From a bacterium (lineage in GTDB: Bacteria; J088; JAWLBW01), in assembly GCA_041690355.1 (NCBI GenBank), contig JAWLHK010000006.1, forward strand, positions 62,001 to 126,000: DNA of 64,000 bases, given 5' to 3'. This document shows, piece by piece, positions 10,668 to 20,196 of this stretch. The notes below the pieces were generated by a model. It had not been told where the DNA came from. It was given only the letters and a program-made list of their open reading frames with translations, and made no database searches. Each line of letters begins with the position of its first letter. Position 1 is the first letter of the stretch. Both the position numbers and the translations under genes were made by a program.

Positions 10668-10743
10668 CGCTACCTCACATCGTCCTCGGATGCTGATCGG
10701 GGAGCGCGGAACGGTTCAGCCGGGTCCGCAAACGAAAGCATGC

Positions 10744-10773
10744 ATGGTAAGCAACGGGGCGCCTTCGGGTCAA
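10744..10773 (-). promoter_or_regulatory. Putative sigma70 promoter of the carboxylase operon
   Basis: TTGACC-18 nt-TACCAT on the minus strand. Confidence 0.45.
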
Positions 10774-10909
10774 TGCCTGACGCCCGAAAACCGCAGGCGG
10801 GGCGGCGAAAAACCGAGTCGGGCAGAGGGAGGGAATGGTCATCAGGCGAGTCAGTTGCTACCATGGGAACAAAGCGCTCAAACTTCCACGCCGTTCCCCC
10901 GCGATACCT

Positions 10910-11494
10910 GTGAAACCTGCCAGACCGCTCGTCTACTTCTCCATCGACTGCGAATCGTCGGGCCCCGTCCCCGGCCTGTTCAACCTGATTTCCCTGGGCG
11001 TCGTCGCCGTACACCAGGAGCAGACCCCCGAGGGGCCGCGGCACCGCAAGGGGAACGAGAAGTACTGGGAGCTGCAGCTCGCCTATCCCGGATGGGAAGA
11101 CGAAGCAGAACAGATTCACCGGCTTTCGCGCGAGCGGCTTGCCGAAAAGGGGCTCCCGCCGGCCCAGGTCATGCAGGAGCTTCGCGAGTGGACGCTCGAG
11201 CAGTGCGCAAAGGGAGAAAAGCCGGTTTTCGTCGGCCACAACGCGCCGTTCGACTGGATGTACGTGAACTACTACTTTCACGCCTTCGACGTCCCCAATC
11301 CCTACGGTTATAACGGGATGGACACGAAGGCCTATGCGGGGGGCAAGCACCGGCTGCTCTGGCCCGATACGAGCAAGGAGAAGCTGCTCGAACTCTATCC
11401 GAGACTCGAAGCCCCTCCCGAGCACCTCGTGCACGACGCGCTCGTCGACGCGCGCTTTCAGGCCGACATTCTCATCGCGCTGCTCGATGACTGA
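10910..11494 (+). CDS. DEDDh 3'-5' exonuclease (stand-alone, RNase AS/DUF5051-like)
   Basis: IDCESSG, GHNAPFD and HDALVDA Exo I-III motifs; GTG start 10910 is inferred. Confidence 0.8.
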   Translation: MKPARPLVYFSIDCESSGPVPGLFNLISLGVVAVHQEQTPEGPRHRKGNEKYWELQLAYPGWEDEAEQIHRLSRERLAEKGLPPAQVMQELREWTLEQCAKGEKPVFVGHNAPFDWMYVNYYFHAFDVPNPYGYNGMDTKAYAGGKHRLLWPDTSKEKLLELYPRLEAPPEHLVHDALVDARFQADILIALLDD

Positions 11495-11508
11495 GGCCCG
11501 CGACGGCG

Positions 11509-11955
11509 TCAACGATAGCGGATGCCGCTCTCGTCGAGCGTGACGCTTCCGTCTGCGGCGTTCACCCGCACGGGCGCGGGCGGATACCCCGTGAAGGCCC
11601 CATCGAGCCGCTCGAGAACGTAGGCGGCGTCGAAGCTCGAGAGCCCTGCCGAGCGTCGCACGATGCCGTCGTACGCGTCAAGGCCGGCGCCGATGTCGAC
11701 CAGCCGGCCGACGAGATCGTAGAAGAGCAGGGCCATGGCAGTCTCACGCGCCCGCACGCCCGCCCAGCTTGCGCGCGCAATTTCGATCACCGCAGACCCT
11801 GGCGTGCCTGCAGGCACCCGCAGCCGTTCGTGGACGATGAAAAGCGACGTATCGTCTGCGGGCAGTGACGCCGCGTCGGCGTAGAGCGCGTGGCGCACGT
11901 TAGGCTGTGCGCCCGGCATCGGCGCGGGGCGCGTATAGACCGTCCGCCGGATCAT
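11509..11955 (-). CDS. Hypothetical protein
   Basis: ATG-initiated ORF 8 nt downstream of the preceding minus-strand gene; normal composition. Confidence 0.55.
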   Translation of the reverse strand: MIRRTVYTRPAPMPGAQPNVRHALYADAASLPADDTSLFIVHERLRVPAGTPGSAVIEIARASWAGVRARETAMALLFYDLVGRLVDIGAGLDAYDGIVRRSAGLSSFDAAYVLERLDGAFTGYPPAPVRVNAADGSVTLDESGIRYR

Positions 11956-11963
11956 GGGCCGAA

Positions 11964-12836
11964 TCAGTCGCAGTTCAGCGAAATCGGCGGCGCAGCCTGT
12001 TCGTAGTCGAAGCGCACGCGCTCGTCGTTGATACAGACGCGCAGAGCGGCGGCTTCACGCGCCAGCCAGTCGCTGAACTGAATTTCGGGAAACACGGCGG
12101 CATCGAGCTGGACGATCCCTTTTTCCGTTGCCCGGTGGCGCACGATGGCCGCGCCGTCATGCACGGTAAACACGGCGCGCAGCACCGCATTCTCGCCGGC
12201 CCCCTGGGCCAGAGGCGCGAGCCGTTCGAGTGCCGCCGCCTGCTCGTTTTCGTTCGCCGAGAACACGGCGGGAACGGCGCCAGCCGCCTTGCCGTCGGCC
12301 GACATCGCAAAGGCCGTAATGCGCGCCCCGCTCGATACGGCGTCGGCGAAGGCGACCTTGCCGGCGTCGATCTGCTTGAGGAACTGCTCTGCGCGGTAAC
12401 GGGCATCGTCGCGGGCGACCCCGGTGCGGTCGTAAACGCCATGCAGCTTCTGCAGGGCCATGTCGGGGAGCAGGGCGGTTTCGAGAAAGGCATCGCCGGT
12501 GGGCCCGTAGATCTGTTGTACCCGTACGTATAGGTCTTTCGTTTTCTTGTCGGCTTTGAGGCGGTCGCGTTCGGCCGACAGCTGCTCCCGGCTGATCGGT
12601 TCGCCGTACTTTTCGAGAACTGCGGCGGCCGCCCAGCCTTCGATGATGCCGCGCGCGGCATGCGCCCGCGAGAACTTCGGCCGCACGATCTGCATCTGTT
12701 CCGCCCGTTTCCCGAGCATGTCTTCACTCAGGCGGCGCTCGCCCACCTGGACGATGCTCTGGTTCTTGCGGCACGCCGTCACGCCTGAGAGGAGCAGGGC
12801 GGCCGTGAGAAGAACGAGTGGACGATATGCGCGCAT
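11964..12836 (-). CDS. Putative lipoprotein (possibly SurA/PrsA-like foldase scaffold)
   Basis: Signal peptide MRAYRPLVLLTAALLLSGVTAC with lipobox-like Cys; helical body. Confidence 0.6.
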   Translation of the reverse strand: MRAYRPLVLLTAALLLSGVTACRKNQSIVQVGERRLSEDMLGKRAEQMQIVRPKFSRAHAARGIIEGWAAAAVLEKYGEPISREQLSAERDRLKADKKTKDLYVRVQQIYGPTGDAFLETALLPDMALQKLHGVYDRTGVARDDARYRAEQFLKQIDAGKVAFADAVSSGARITAFAMSADGKAAGAVPAVFSANENEQAAALERLAPLAQGAGENAVLRAVFTVHDGAAIVRHRATEKGIVQLDAAVFPEIQFSDWLAREAAALRVCINDERVRFDYEQAAPPISLNCD

Positions 12837-12956
12837 GGCAACTCCGACGGTTAAGGGAAGGAAGCAAGATGATAGCACACCGGGCGCCGCGCCTTCACCC
12901 TGACGGCGTGCCGATGCGTTCGGCGCGCGCCGTCGCGTTCCGCTAAAATGAAGGCC

Positions 12957-14303
12957 ATGTCCCGCACGCTTGAACTCCTTGAACTCGAGCGCCGGCACGT
13001 GTGGCCCCCCTACACGCAGGCGCGCGCCTATTTCGAACATGCCCACCCCGTCATCGAGCGGGGCGAAGGGGTTTTTCTTTTCGACACCGAGGGCCGGCGG
13101 TACTACGACGCGTTTTCATCGTGGTGGGTCAACCTGCACGGGCACAGCCACCCGGCGCTGAACGCGGCGCTGGCCGAACAGGCGGCGCGCGTCGCGCACA
13201 CGGCCATGGCGGGCCAGACGAACGACCAGGCGGTGCTGCTCGCCGCCGAGCTTGCGGCCATGGCGCCGCAGGGCCTGACGCGCGTCTTCTTTTCGGATAA
13301 CGGCAGCACGGCGGTCGAAGTGGCCATGAAGATGGCCTTTCAGTACTTCCGCAACCGCGGCGAGACACGGCGGGTCAAATTCGCCGCCTTGACGGGCGCT
13401 TATCACGGCGACACCCTCGGCACGGTAGCCCTGGGCGGCATCGACATCTTTCACGCCATTTATCGGCCCATCACCATACCCGTCGTGCGCGCGCCCGCCC
13501 CCGCCTGCGGCGCCTGTCCCTACGGGCGCACGCGCTCGTCCTGCCAGGGCGAGTGCGCCGCCGACATCGAAGCGGCGCTGCTCCCGCATGCCGACGAACT
13601 CTGTGCCGTCGTGGTCGAGCCGCTCGTGCAGGGGGCCGTCGGCATGGGCATCTACAGTCCCGAAGTGCTGCGCCGCCTGCGTGCCTTCTGCGACCGGCAC
13701 GGCATCCTGCTCATCGACGACGAGGTCGCCATGGGGTTCGGCCGCACCGGTCGGGTCTGGGCGTGCGAGCACGCGGGTATCGTTCCCGACATCATCTGCG
13801 CCGCGAAGGGGCTGACCGGCGGCTATCTGCCCATGGCGGTCACGCTCGTCGCCGACTGGCTGTATGAAGGGTTCTTTGGGGAACCCGGAGATTCGCGCGC
13901 CTTCTACCACGGCCATTCGTTTACGGGGAACCCGTTGGCGGCGGCGGTCGCCCGGGTGAGCCTGCGCCTGTTGCGCGAAGAGCGCCTCCCTGAAATGGAG
14001 GAGAAGCTTGCCGCCTTCGGCGCCGTCATGCGTTTTTTTGCCGCCCGGCCCTGGTGCGGCGACGCGCGCTGGCTCGGCATGGTCGGCGCCTTCGATCTGC
14101 GCGCCCCCGACGGCACGCCGTTCCCCGCAGACTACGGCATGGGCCGCCGGGTGAATATCATGGCGCGCGAAGAAGGGGTCTATCTGCGCCCGCTCGGCGA
14201 CACGGTATACCTGATGCCCCCCTTGTCGATCACCGCGGCCGAGCTGGGCGACATGGGCGCGCGAATCGAACGGGCCATCGACAGGGCGCTGGCAACGGTA
14301 TGA
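12957..14303 (+). CDS. bioA: Adenosylmethionine-8-amino-7-oxononanoate aminotransferase
   Basis: HVWPPYTQ, SSWWVNLHGH, DNGSTAVEVAMKMA, DEVAMGFGRTG and AKGLTGG (PLP Lys) motifs. Confidence 0.93.
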   Translation: MSRTLELLELERRHVWPPYTQARAYFEHAHPVIERGEGVFLFDTEGRRYYDAFSSWWVNLHGHSHPALNAALAEQAARVAHTAMAGQTNDQAVLLAAELAAMAPQGLTRVFFSDNGSTAVEVAMKMAFQYFRNRGETRRVKFAALTGAYHGDTLGTVALGGIDIFHAIYRPITIPVVRAPAPACGACPYGRTRSSCQGECAADIEAALLPHADELCAVVVEPLVQGAVGMGIYSPEVLRRLRAFCDRHGILLIDDEVAMGFGRTGRVWACEHAGIVPDIICAAKGLTGGYLPMAVTLVADWLYEGFFGEPGDSRAFYHGHSFTGNPLAAAVARVSLRLLREERLPEMEEKLAAFGAVMRFFAARPWCGDARWLGMVGAFDLRAPDGTPFPADYGMGRRVNIMAREEGVYLRPLGDTVYLMPPLSITAAELGDMGARIERAIDRALATV

Positions 14304-14743
14304 GCGACGCCACGGGCAAGGTGAACGTTCCGCGGGCAGAACGGGTGTTCGCCCCGGTGCGGGCCGTGCTCGATCCGCGCGTGCTCCAGAGCGCCGTCTG
14401 GGGGGGGCGCTCGTCGACCCTCGTCATCGACGCGTGGCTCGAGGGGCGCGTGCATCTCTGCGTCACCGAGCAGATCATGGCCGAGTATTTTGCTGCCTTG
14501 CGACGCATGCTGCAGGTTCCGCTCGGGAGTTCCGTGGCCGACCATCTGCGTACCGGCGAGTCGGTGCGCGCCTTCATCGTGCCCCGCGCCTCGGGGGTGC
14601 CCGAAGACCGGCTGATCGCCTGCGCTCAAGCCGCGACGGCCGAGTCGGTGGTCACGCACGACGAGACGCTGCTCGACCTGGGCCAGGTGGGGTCCGTGCG
14701 TATGGAGACCCCGGGCGAGTTCGTGCGACGCCATCTCTCCTGA
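14300..14743 (+). CDS. PIN-domain protein (PIN_3-like, divergent)
   Basis: AVLDPRVL...AEY...EDRLIACA...VVTHDETLL...TPGEF pattern; ATGA overlap with bioA. Confidence 0.7.
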   Translation: MSDATGKVNVPRAERVFAPVRAVLDPRVLQSAVWGGRSSTLVIDAWLEGRVHLCVTEQIMAEYFAALRRMLQVPLGSSVADHLRTGESVRAFIVPRASGVPEDRLIACAQAATAESVVTHDETLLDLGQVGSVRMETPGEFVRRHLS

Positions 14744-14746
14744 GGT

Positions 14747-15976
14747 ATGCTGGTCGTCTTGCGTATGCCGCTTCGCCTCGCGATCGTTCTCCTGACACTT
14801 CTGCACTACGCCTGCGGGACGCTGCTCGCCGTCGAGAAGCGGACGCCCGTGGATCGCGTGTTCGAGCGGCAGGGGGGCATCGAGCGTCGTGACGGCCGCC
14901 TGTACGAGCTCAGTTCGACCGCGACCTTTGTTCCGGATGGGACGGTGGCCGTCGAGGGAAACGTCCTTCGCACGGATCTCTGCCGGCAATACGCCCGGGT
15001 GGGCTACCGGGTCGAGACCGAAACGCAGAAGATCCCGGCGGCGAGCGGGGTCGCCGTCGATGCGGGCCTGCTCGGGGCGGGGCTGCTGGCGGCGGTCTTC
15101 GCCGACGGGGCCGGCGCCAAGACCGCAATCGTCCTGGGCGCCGCCGTACCCCTGGCCGTCGACGGCTGGCGCTATTTCAGCCGGCCGGTGACGGCGAGCC
15201 CGGCGCTCACCCGGATCGAGCCCGAAGTTCCGGGCGCCGCCGGCTCGTATCCTTGCGGGCAGACCGATGCCGGCGGCGTGCGGCTCGAGTTCGCCGGCGA
15301 GACGACCCGGGTCTCGGGCGGGCGCTTTGCCGTTCGCATTCCTGAATCACGCGTGAGCAGCTCGGGCGGCCCGATCCTTACGGCCCATGCGCGCATACTT
15401 GCGGCAGAAGGCCCCTTCGAGCTGGGCCCGCAATCCCTGGCGCTCGGCGTCACGCTGGCGACCTATCGGGCTTTGCGCAGCGAAGCCGAGACCACGCGTT
15501 CGCTGACGGCTTCGGCGCGCTTCGTCATGGCCTATCCCGAATCGGCCAGCGCGGCGGTCATGCGCCAGATTCTCGTTCGGGAGCTCGCGCATGCCCCGAC
15601 CGAAGAGGAGCTGCGGGCGGTGCTCGATCTGCCGCAGTTGCCGCCGGAGCTGCGCAAGCCCGCGGCGGCCCGTTACATGGACCTGCGGGTCGATCGGCTG
15701 CGCCGGTCGATACCGGAGGTCCTTCTGGGCATTCACCGCGACGATCGCGATGCCAACACGTTCCTGCTGAACGGGTTTGCCGAAGAGGGCCTGGCGGCCA
15801 CGCAGCGCCGCAAGGACGGCCTCGCGGCCCTCTGTGCAGCCGTGTCGGAGCTCGACCTGCGGGAGGAAGACCGGCGTGACCGGAACCGCCGGGAGTGGCA
15901 CGCCGAGCTTGTCTCGCAAGTGGGAGAAGTCGATGCCGCGACGGCCATGCGCTACCTGGGCCAGTGCGGGAAATGA
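14747..15976 (+). CDS. Hypothetical exported/membrane protein
   Basis: N-terminal hydrophobic signal with Cys and internal hydrophobic segments; abuts the PIN gene. Confidence 0.6.
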   Translation: MLVVLRMPLRLAIVLLTLLHYACGTLLAVEKRTPVDRVFERQGGIERRDGRLYELSSTATFVPDGTVAVEGNVLRTDLCRQYARVGYRVETETQKIPAASGVAVDAGLLGAGLLAAVFADGAGAKTAIVLGAAVPLAVDGWRYFSRPVTASPALTRIEPEVPGAAGSYPCGQTDAGGVRLEFAGETTRVSGGRFAVRIPESRVSSSGGPILTAHARILAAEGPFELGPQSLALGVTLATYRALRSEAETTRSLTASARFVMAYPESASAAVMRQILVRELAHAPTEEELRAVLDLPQLPPELRKPAAARYMDLRVDRLRRSIPEVLLGIHRDDRDANTFLLNGFAEEGLAATQRRKDGLAALCAAVSELDLREEDRRDRNRREWHAELVSQVGEVDAATAMRYLGQCGK

Positions 15977-16029
15977 CGATTGACGATTGACGATTTACCC
16001 GAGTGACGAGTTACGAGTGACGAGTGAAC
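15972..16029 (+). repeat. Compound heptamer array (ATTGACG x4 then AGTGACG x4) overlapping a stop codon
   Basis: aatgacg attgacg attgacg atttacc cg agtgacg agttacg agtgacg agtgaac. Confidence 0.9.
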
Positions 16030-16059
16030 GGCAAGAACAGAACGTGGTCCTTGCTTCGT

Positions 16060-16087
16060 TGGCGCTTGATGCTCGGCGCTCGGCGCT
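16060..16087 (+). repeat. Heptamer array (TGGCGCT type)
   Basis: tggcgct tgatgct cggcgct cggcgct. Confidence 0.7.
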
Positions 16088-16150
16088 TCTCCGCGAAGCG
16101 GGGGCCGTTTGTGCTATCCTGTACAGCGCACGTTTTCCTCAGGGGCTGCC

Positions 16151-16837
16151 ATGACACTGCTTCGCCGTTTTCTTGCTTCCGCAATCCTCGGTCTGCTCCT
16201 CGTGCCGGCTGTCTCGGCCGCCAATGAACCGCCCAAGAGCCCCGTCTTTCCGGCCTGGGACATGAAGAACCCGCTGGCCGAAGAGAAGCTGACCGCCGAG
16301 CAGCTGAAAGAGCTCGAAGAGGGGGAGATCATCACCTTCGCCCGCCCGAAGCCCAAGGGGTGGGACGGCGCGCATGTCGTCGCCGTCGGCCTCGTGAAGG
16401 CACCGGTCGAGAAAATCTACGAGGTGGTCATGGACTGTACCGGCCAGCCCAGGTACACGCCGCACCTCGAAGAGTGCAAGAACACGTATTCTCCGGGCAC
16501 CGATCCGGCAACGGCGACGACGTACAAGCAGTATCAGAAGCTCAAGTTCGGGTTCGGCTTCATTTCGAAGGAAGTCACCTACACGAATTCGATGTTCGCC
16601 ATTCGTCCGTGGGTGAGCGGCTGGGTGCTCGACAAGGGTGACATCGCGCAGAGCATCGGCTACTGGCGCGTGATTCCGTACAAGGACGGCGCGAATCTGC
16701 TGCTCTACGACGTCTACAGCGACCCGGGCATGGCCGTACCCGATTTCATTCAGGAAGCGCTGACGAAGAGCGATCTGCCGAACACGGTGGCGGCGTTCCG
16801 CGAAGAGATCCTGCGGCGCCAGGAGAACGGGAAGTAA
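16151..16837 (+). CDS. Exported SRPBCC/START-domain protein
   Basis: Signal peptide; VKAPVEKIYEVV, GYWRV and SDPGMAVPDFI pattern of START-like folds. Confidence 0.65.
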   Translation: MTLLRRFLASAILGLLLVPAVSAANEPPKSPVFPAWDMKNPLAEEKLTAEQLKELEEGEIITFARPKPKGWDGAHVVAVGLVKAPVEKIYEVVMDCTGQPRYTPHLEECKNTYSPGTDPATATTYKQYQKLKFGFGFISKEVTYTNSMFAIRPWVSGWVLDKGDIAQSIGYWRVIPYKDGANLLLYDVYSDPGMAVPDFIQEALTKSDLPNTVAAFREEILRRQENGK

Positions 16838-16891
16838 GCGTTTGCTCCGCCTGGAGTGAAGTGGTAAGGTTTCAGAGATCGTTCCGTAGAC

Positions 16892-17671
16892 ATGGCCATC
16901 AACGAAGAAAAAATCGGCGAAGTCCTCATCAAGGTCGGGGCCATCAATGCCCTGGATCTGGCGAAGGCGGCGCAGCACCAGAAGAAAGCGGGCGGCACGC
17001 TGACCGACGCGCTCATCGCCGTGAAGGCGGTCAGCGCCGAAGAGATGGGGCGTATCGCCGCGACCATGCTCAAGCTGCCGTTCGTCTCGCTGCGGGCCGT
17101 CTCGATTCCGCCCGAGATCGTCAAGCTGCTCCCCGAAGGGATCGCACAGAAGTACCGCTCCATCCCGCTCAAGGCCGAAGGCCGAAAGTTCTGGGTGGCC
17201 ATGAGCCAGCCGATGAACATGGACCACATCGACGCCCTGCGCTTCCGCCTCAACGGCGACGTCTACCCGGTGGTGACGCCGGAGACCGAGATGGAGCAGG
17301 GGCTCGAGTTCTATTACGGAAAACTCAAGCACCCGCCGCTCAGTCTGCCCCCCAGCTCCGGCCTTGCCTACGCGCCGGAGCAGTTCGACATCCGGCGGCA
17401 CCGTGCCGCGCAGAAGGCTCAGCAGGCGCCGGCTCCCGCGCCCCGTCCGGCTCCGGCGGCCCCCGCGGCGGCCGCTCCCGTCCCGGCCCCGGTGGCCCAG
17501 GCCGCTCCGCAGCCGCCTCCGGAAGCAGCGCCCCAGCCGGCTCCGGTCGTTGAGGAACCGCTCGAGGTACTCGAACTGATCCCCGAGCCCGAAGCTCCCG
17601 CCGCCGAGAACGCGCAGCCGAGCGACGAAGAGCTCATCGCGCAGCTGGCCAATTTCCTGCTCGGAAAATAA
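16892..17671 (+). CDS. Stand-alone MshEN/GspE N-terminal domain protein with Pro/Ala-rich tail
   Basis: KIGEVLIKVGAI...QKKAGG and VAMSQPMN (T2SSE_N); no ATPase domain. Confidence 0.75.
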   Translation: MAINEEKIGEVLIKVGAINALDLAKAAQHQKKAGGTLTDALIAVKAVSAEEMGRIAATMLKLPFVSLRAVSIPPEIVKLLPEGIAQKYRSIPLKAEGRKFWVAMSQPMNMDHIDALRFRLNGDVYPVVTPETEMEQGLEFYYGKLKHPPLSLPPSSGLAYAPEQFDIRRHRAAQKAQQAPAPAPRPAPAAPAAAAPVPAPVAQAAPQPPPEAAPQPAPVVEEPLEVLELIPEPEAPAAENAQPSDEELIAQLANFLLGK

Positions 17672-17672
17672 C

Positions 17673-18560
17673 ATGCCTGCCGCGACGGCAGACGAGATTC
17701 GGTTGTCGGCGCCCGACGGCTGGGTGCTCGGCATGCGTGTTTTCCGTCCCGCGGGGGCGCCGCGCGGGGCGCTGCTGTGCGGTCACGCCATGATGACCGA
17801 CGGCGCGTATTTCGACCGGCCCCGCGGAGGCGGTTTCGCCTCCTGGATGGCGGCGCGGGGCTGGTCGGTCTACGTGCCCGACTTTCGCGGGCACGGCCGC
17901 AGCGGCCCGCGGGCCGACGAGGGGGCGCGCTGGACATTCGATGACCTTGTGCTTCACGACTGGCCGGCCCTGCGCCGCGCCGCTGCGGAAGATGCCGGCG
18001 TTCCGGACGCAGATCTGTGCGTACTCGGCCACAGCCTGGGCGGTCTCGTCACCGCCGCCGACGCCGCCCGCCACGGCTTCCGTGGCCGGCGCACGATTTT
18101 TTTGACGACTAATGTGTGGAACGTGAGCGCTCTCGGCCTGGACCGTGAAGGGCTGCGCGCGCGCGCCGTGCGCTCACTCATGCGCTTGTTGACCACCGGG
18201 GGCCGCCCGTTGCCCGTGCGCCGGCTTCGCTTCGGCAATCATGACGAGGCCGCGCCGTATGTCCGCCAGATTACGACCTGGTGGCAGAACGGCTCTTTCC
18301 GTTCCCTCGACGGCCTCGACTATGCCTCGGCGCTCGAGGGGTGGAACCGTGACGCCGTAGCCGTGGCCGGTACGGGCGACTGGATGTGCCCGCCCGGGGC
18401 CGCCGGCGCGTTCACGGGCGGCCGGATTCCGCTTCATGTCGAAGGCCGTCGCTCGGGGCTTTCCTTCGACCCCGATCACTTCCAGCTTCTCACCCGCGAA
18501 GCCGGAAACCCCTTCCAGCAGCGGGTGCTTCGGTTTCTCGAAACCGGTACCTGGGCCTGA
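17673..18560 (+). CDS. Alpha/beta hydrolase
   Basis: DFRGHGRS, GHSLGG nucleophile elbow, Asp and His of the catalytic triad. Confidence 0.85.
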   Translation: MPAATADEIRLSAPDGWVLGMRVFRPAGAPRGALLCGHAMMTDGAYFDRPRGGGFASWMAARGWSVYVPDFRGHGRSGPRADEGARWTFDDLVLHDWPALRRAAAEDAGVPDADLCVLGHSLGGLVTAADAARHGFRGRRTIFLTTNVWNVSALGLDREGLRARAVRSLMRLLTTGGRPLPVRRLRFGNHDEAAPYVRQITTWWQNGSFRSLDGLDYASALEGWNRDAVAVAGTGDWMCPPGAAGAFTGGRIPLHVEGRRSGLSFDPDHFQLLTREAGNPFQQRVLRFLETGTWA

Positions 18561-18586
18561 CCGGCCTGCGCCCTGCTTTCGAGCGC

Positions 18587-18621
18587 AAAAAAAAACAGGC
18601 CTCTCCGCAGAGAGGCCTGTT
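18587..18621. terminator. Terminator between convergent genes
   Basis: A-run AACAGGCCTCTC-cgca-GAGAGGCCTGTT. Confidence 0.8.
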
Positions 18622-18633
18622 CGTGAAGAACAA

Positions 18634-20139
18634 TCAGTCTTCCTGTTCTTCCGCGTGGCTCGCGTGCGCGTCGTCGACCGGGTTCCCCGCTTCGTCGAGC
18701 ACCTGCACCCGCCGGTTCTCGATGATCAGGTTGCGGCGGATCGGCTTGGCGCCGGGGCGCAACACGACGAGGCGCCCGAAGCCGTCTCCGTTCGGGTGAA
18801 GAACGATCTGGAGGCCCGCCTGCGGATTGCCGTCGTTGCCGAAGCGCAGCGTCCTCAGATTGAGCACGCCCTGGCTGTACACCGCGCGTACGAGCGCCTT
18901 GCCGCCATCGGCAAGCGTGCGCTCGCCGTTCACGGATGCAGCGCCGCTCGAGCGCACTTCCTGCAGATCGATTGTGTGTCCCCGATACGTAGTGCCGGAC
19001 AGGTGGAAGACCCGGGCCTCGACGCGCGGCATCGCATCGCACGCGAGCGGGCTCTCCTGGGTACGCGTCAGGCTGCGCGTGAGCACCGTTCCGTCACGCA
19101 GCGTGAGCGTACCGTCGAGCGACGTCGTGAGGCCATCCTTGACGATCTCGACCGCTTCGGAGACCGGCGCGGTCGCGAGCGTCAGCGAGTCGGGAAAGTC
19201 GCGGTCGATCGACACGGTTCCCGTGTCGTCGAGGCGGCAGAGCGGAGTGCCCTGGAGATCGAAGGCGAAGGCCCCCACGCCGTGAAAGCCGAGACGGCCG
19301 GCATGGTCCCATCCGCCCGACAGGGTATCGGCGGTCACGTCGTAGGCGAGCGTGCGCACGATGCTGTCTGTGGTGCCGTCAGAGAAGGTCACGACGCGGG
19401 ACGCATGTCCGCTGGTGTCGGTCGTGTCCGGGGCGGCAAAAAGGCGTCCGGCGTCGACGGCTGTCACGTTCACGCGTCCGTCGGGACGGGCCGGAAAGCC
19501 GGTCGTCGAAGAGCCCGCATCGACCACGTACCATTCGCCCCGGTGCGTGCTCCAGACCCGGTAGCCCGTGGTCACGACCGCCGTATCGTCGAGGGGAAGA
19601 TCCGAGTCTTCGCTGGCCCGAGCGAACGTGTGCGTAATCGTGTAGTCGGCCCGAACGTAGGCAGGTCCGGCGCTCGTCAGGTCGAGATCGCCCTCGCCGC
19701 CGGCCATCGCGTCGGTGATGGCGCTGTGGTAGTGAAAGGTCGTCTTCCAGGCGTGCGTGCCCAAGGGATTGTCGCGGTGATCGTTCAGTGTGCGCGATGC
19801 CGAGGCCGTCTTTACCCGGCAGGGGGCCGTGTCGCAGCCGTAGTACTCCTTTTCGACGTTCAGGCCGCCATCGCCGGGCGCGGCCGCCAGAGCGCCGTCT
19901 AGAGAACCGGGCGGTGCCAGGGCGGCCGGATCGTTTTCGCCCTCGCCGTTGGATTCGGTCTCTTCATCGAGCCCGATCAGGTCGAAGGTTTCGAGCGCAA
20001 GATCGGCCTGCTCGACGGCCAGGGATGCCGCGAACGCGTCCGCCTCTTCGTTTGCCTCATCGAGGACGTTTTGAAGCGGACCGCAGGCAGGCGTCAGCAG
20101 CACGAGCGCGGCGGCGATGGAAAGAAGGGATGGTTTCAT
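18634..20139 (-). CDS. Hypothetical beta-rich lipoprotein
   Basis: MKPSLLSIAAALVLLTPAC lipobox; SD AAGGAG; Thr/Asp-rich. Confidence 0.7.
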   Translation of the reverse strand: MKPSLLSIAAALVLLTPACGPLQNVLDEANEEADAFAASLAVEQADLALETFDLIGLDEETESNGEGENDPAALAPPGSLDGALAAAPGDGGLNVEKEYYGCDTAPCRVKTASASRTLNDHRDNPLGTHAWKTTFHYHSAITDAMAGGEGDLDLTSAGPAYVRADYTITHTFARASEDSDLPLDDTAVVTTGYRVWSTHRGEWYVVDAGSSTTGFPARPDGRVNVTAVDAGRLFAAPDTTDTSGHASRVVTFSDGTTDSIVRTLAYDVTADTLSGGWDHAGRLGFHGVGAFAFDLQGTPLCRLDDTGTVSIDRDFPDSLTLATAPVSEAVEIVKDGLTTSLDGTLTLRDGTVLTRSLTRTQESPLACDAMPRVEARVFHLSGTTYRGHTIDLQEVRSSGAASVNGERTLADGGKALVRAVYSQGVLNLRTLRFGNDGNPQAGLQIVLHPNGDGFGRLVVLRPGAKPIRRNLIIENRRVQVLDEAGNPVDDAHASHAEEQED

Positions 20140-20179
20140 GGAAAGGACTCCTTGGAAAGATTCAGTCGGTGACCAGGAA

Positions 20180-20196
20180 AGCAACAGGCGTGCCAG
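20180..20196 (-). promoter_or_regulatory. Sigma54 (-24/-12) promoter
   Basis: Minus strand CTGGCACGCCTGTTGCT = TGGCAC-N5-TTGC, about 40 nt upstream of the lipoprotein ATG. Confidence 0.75.

Noticed and set aside
17420-17545. Repetitive GC-rich DNA
   Set aside because: Explained by a Pro/Ala-rich protein linker
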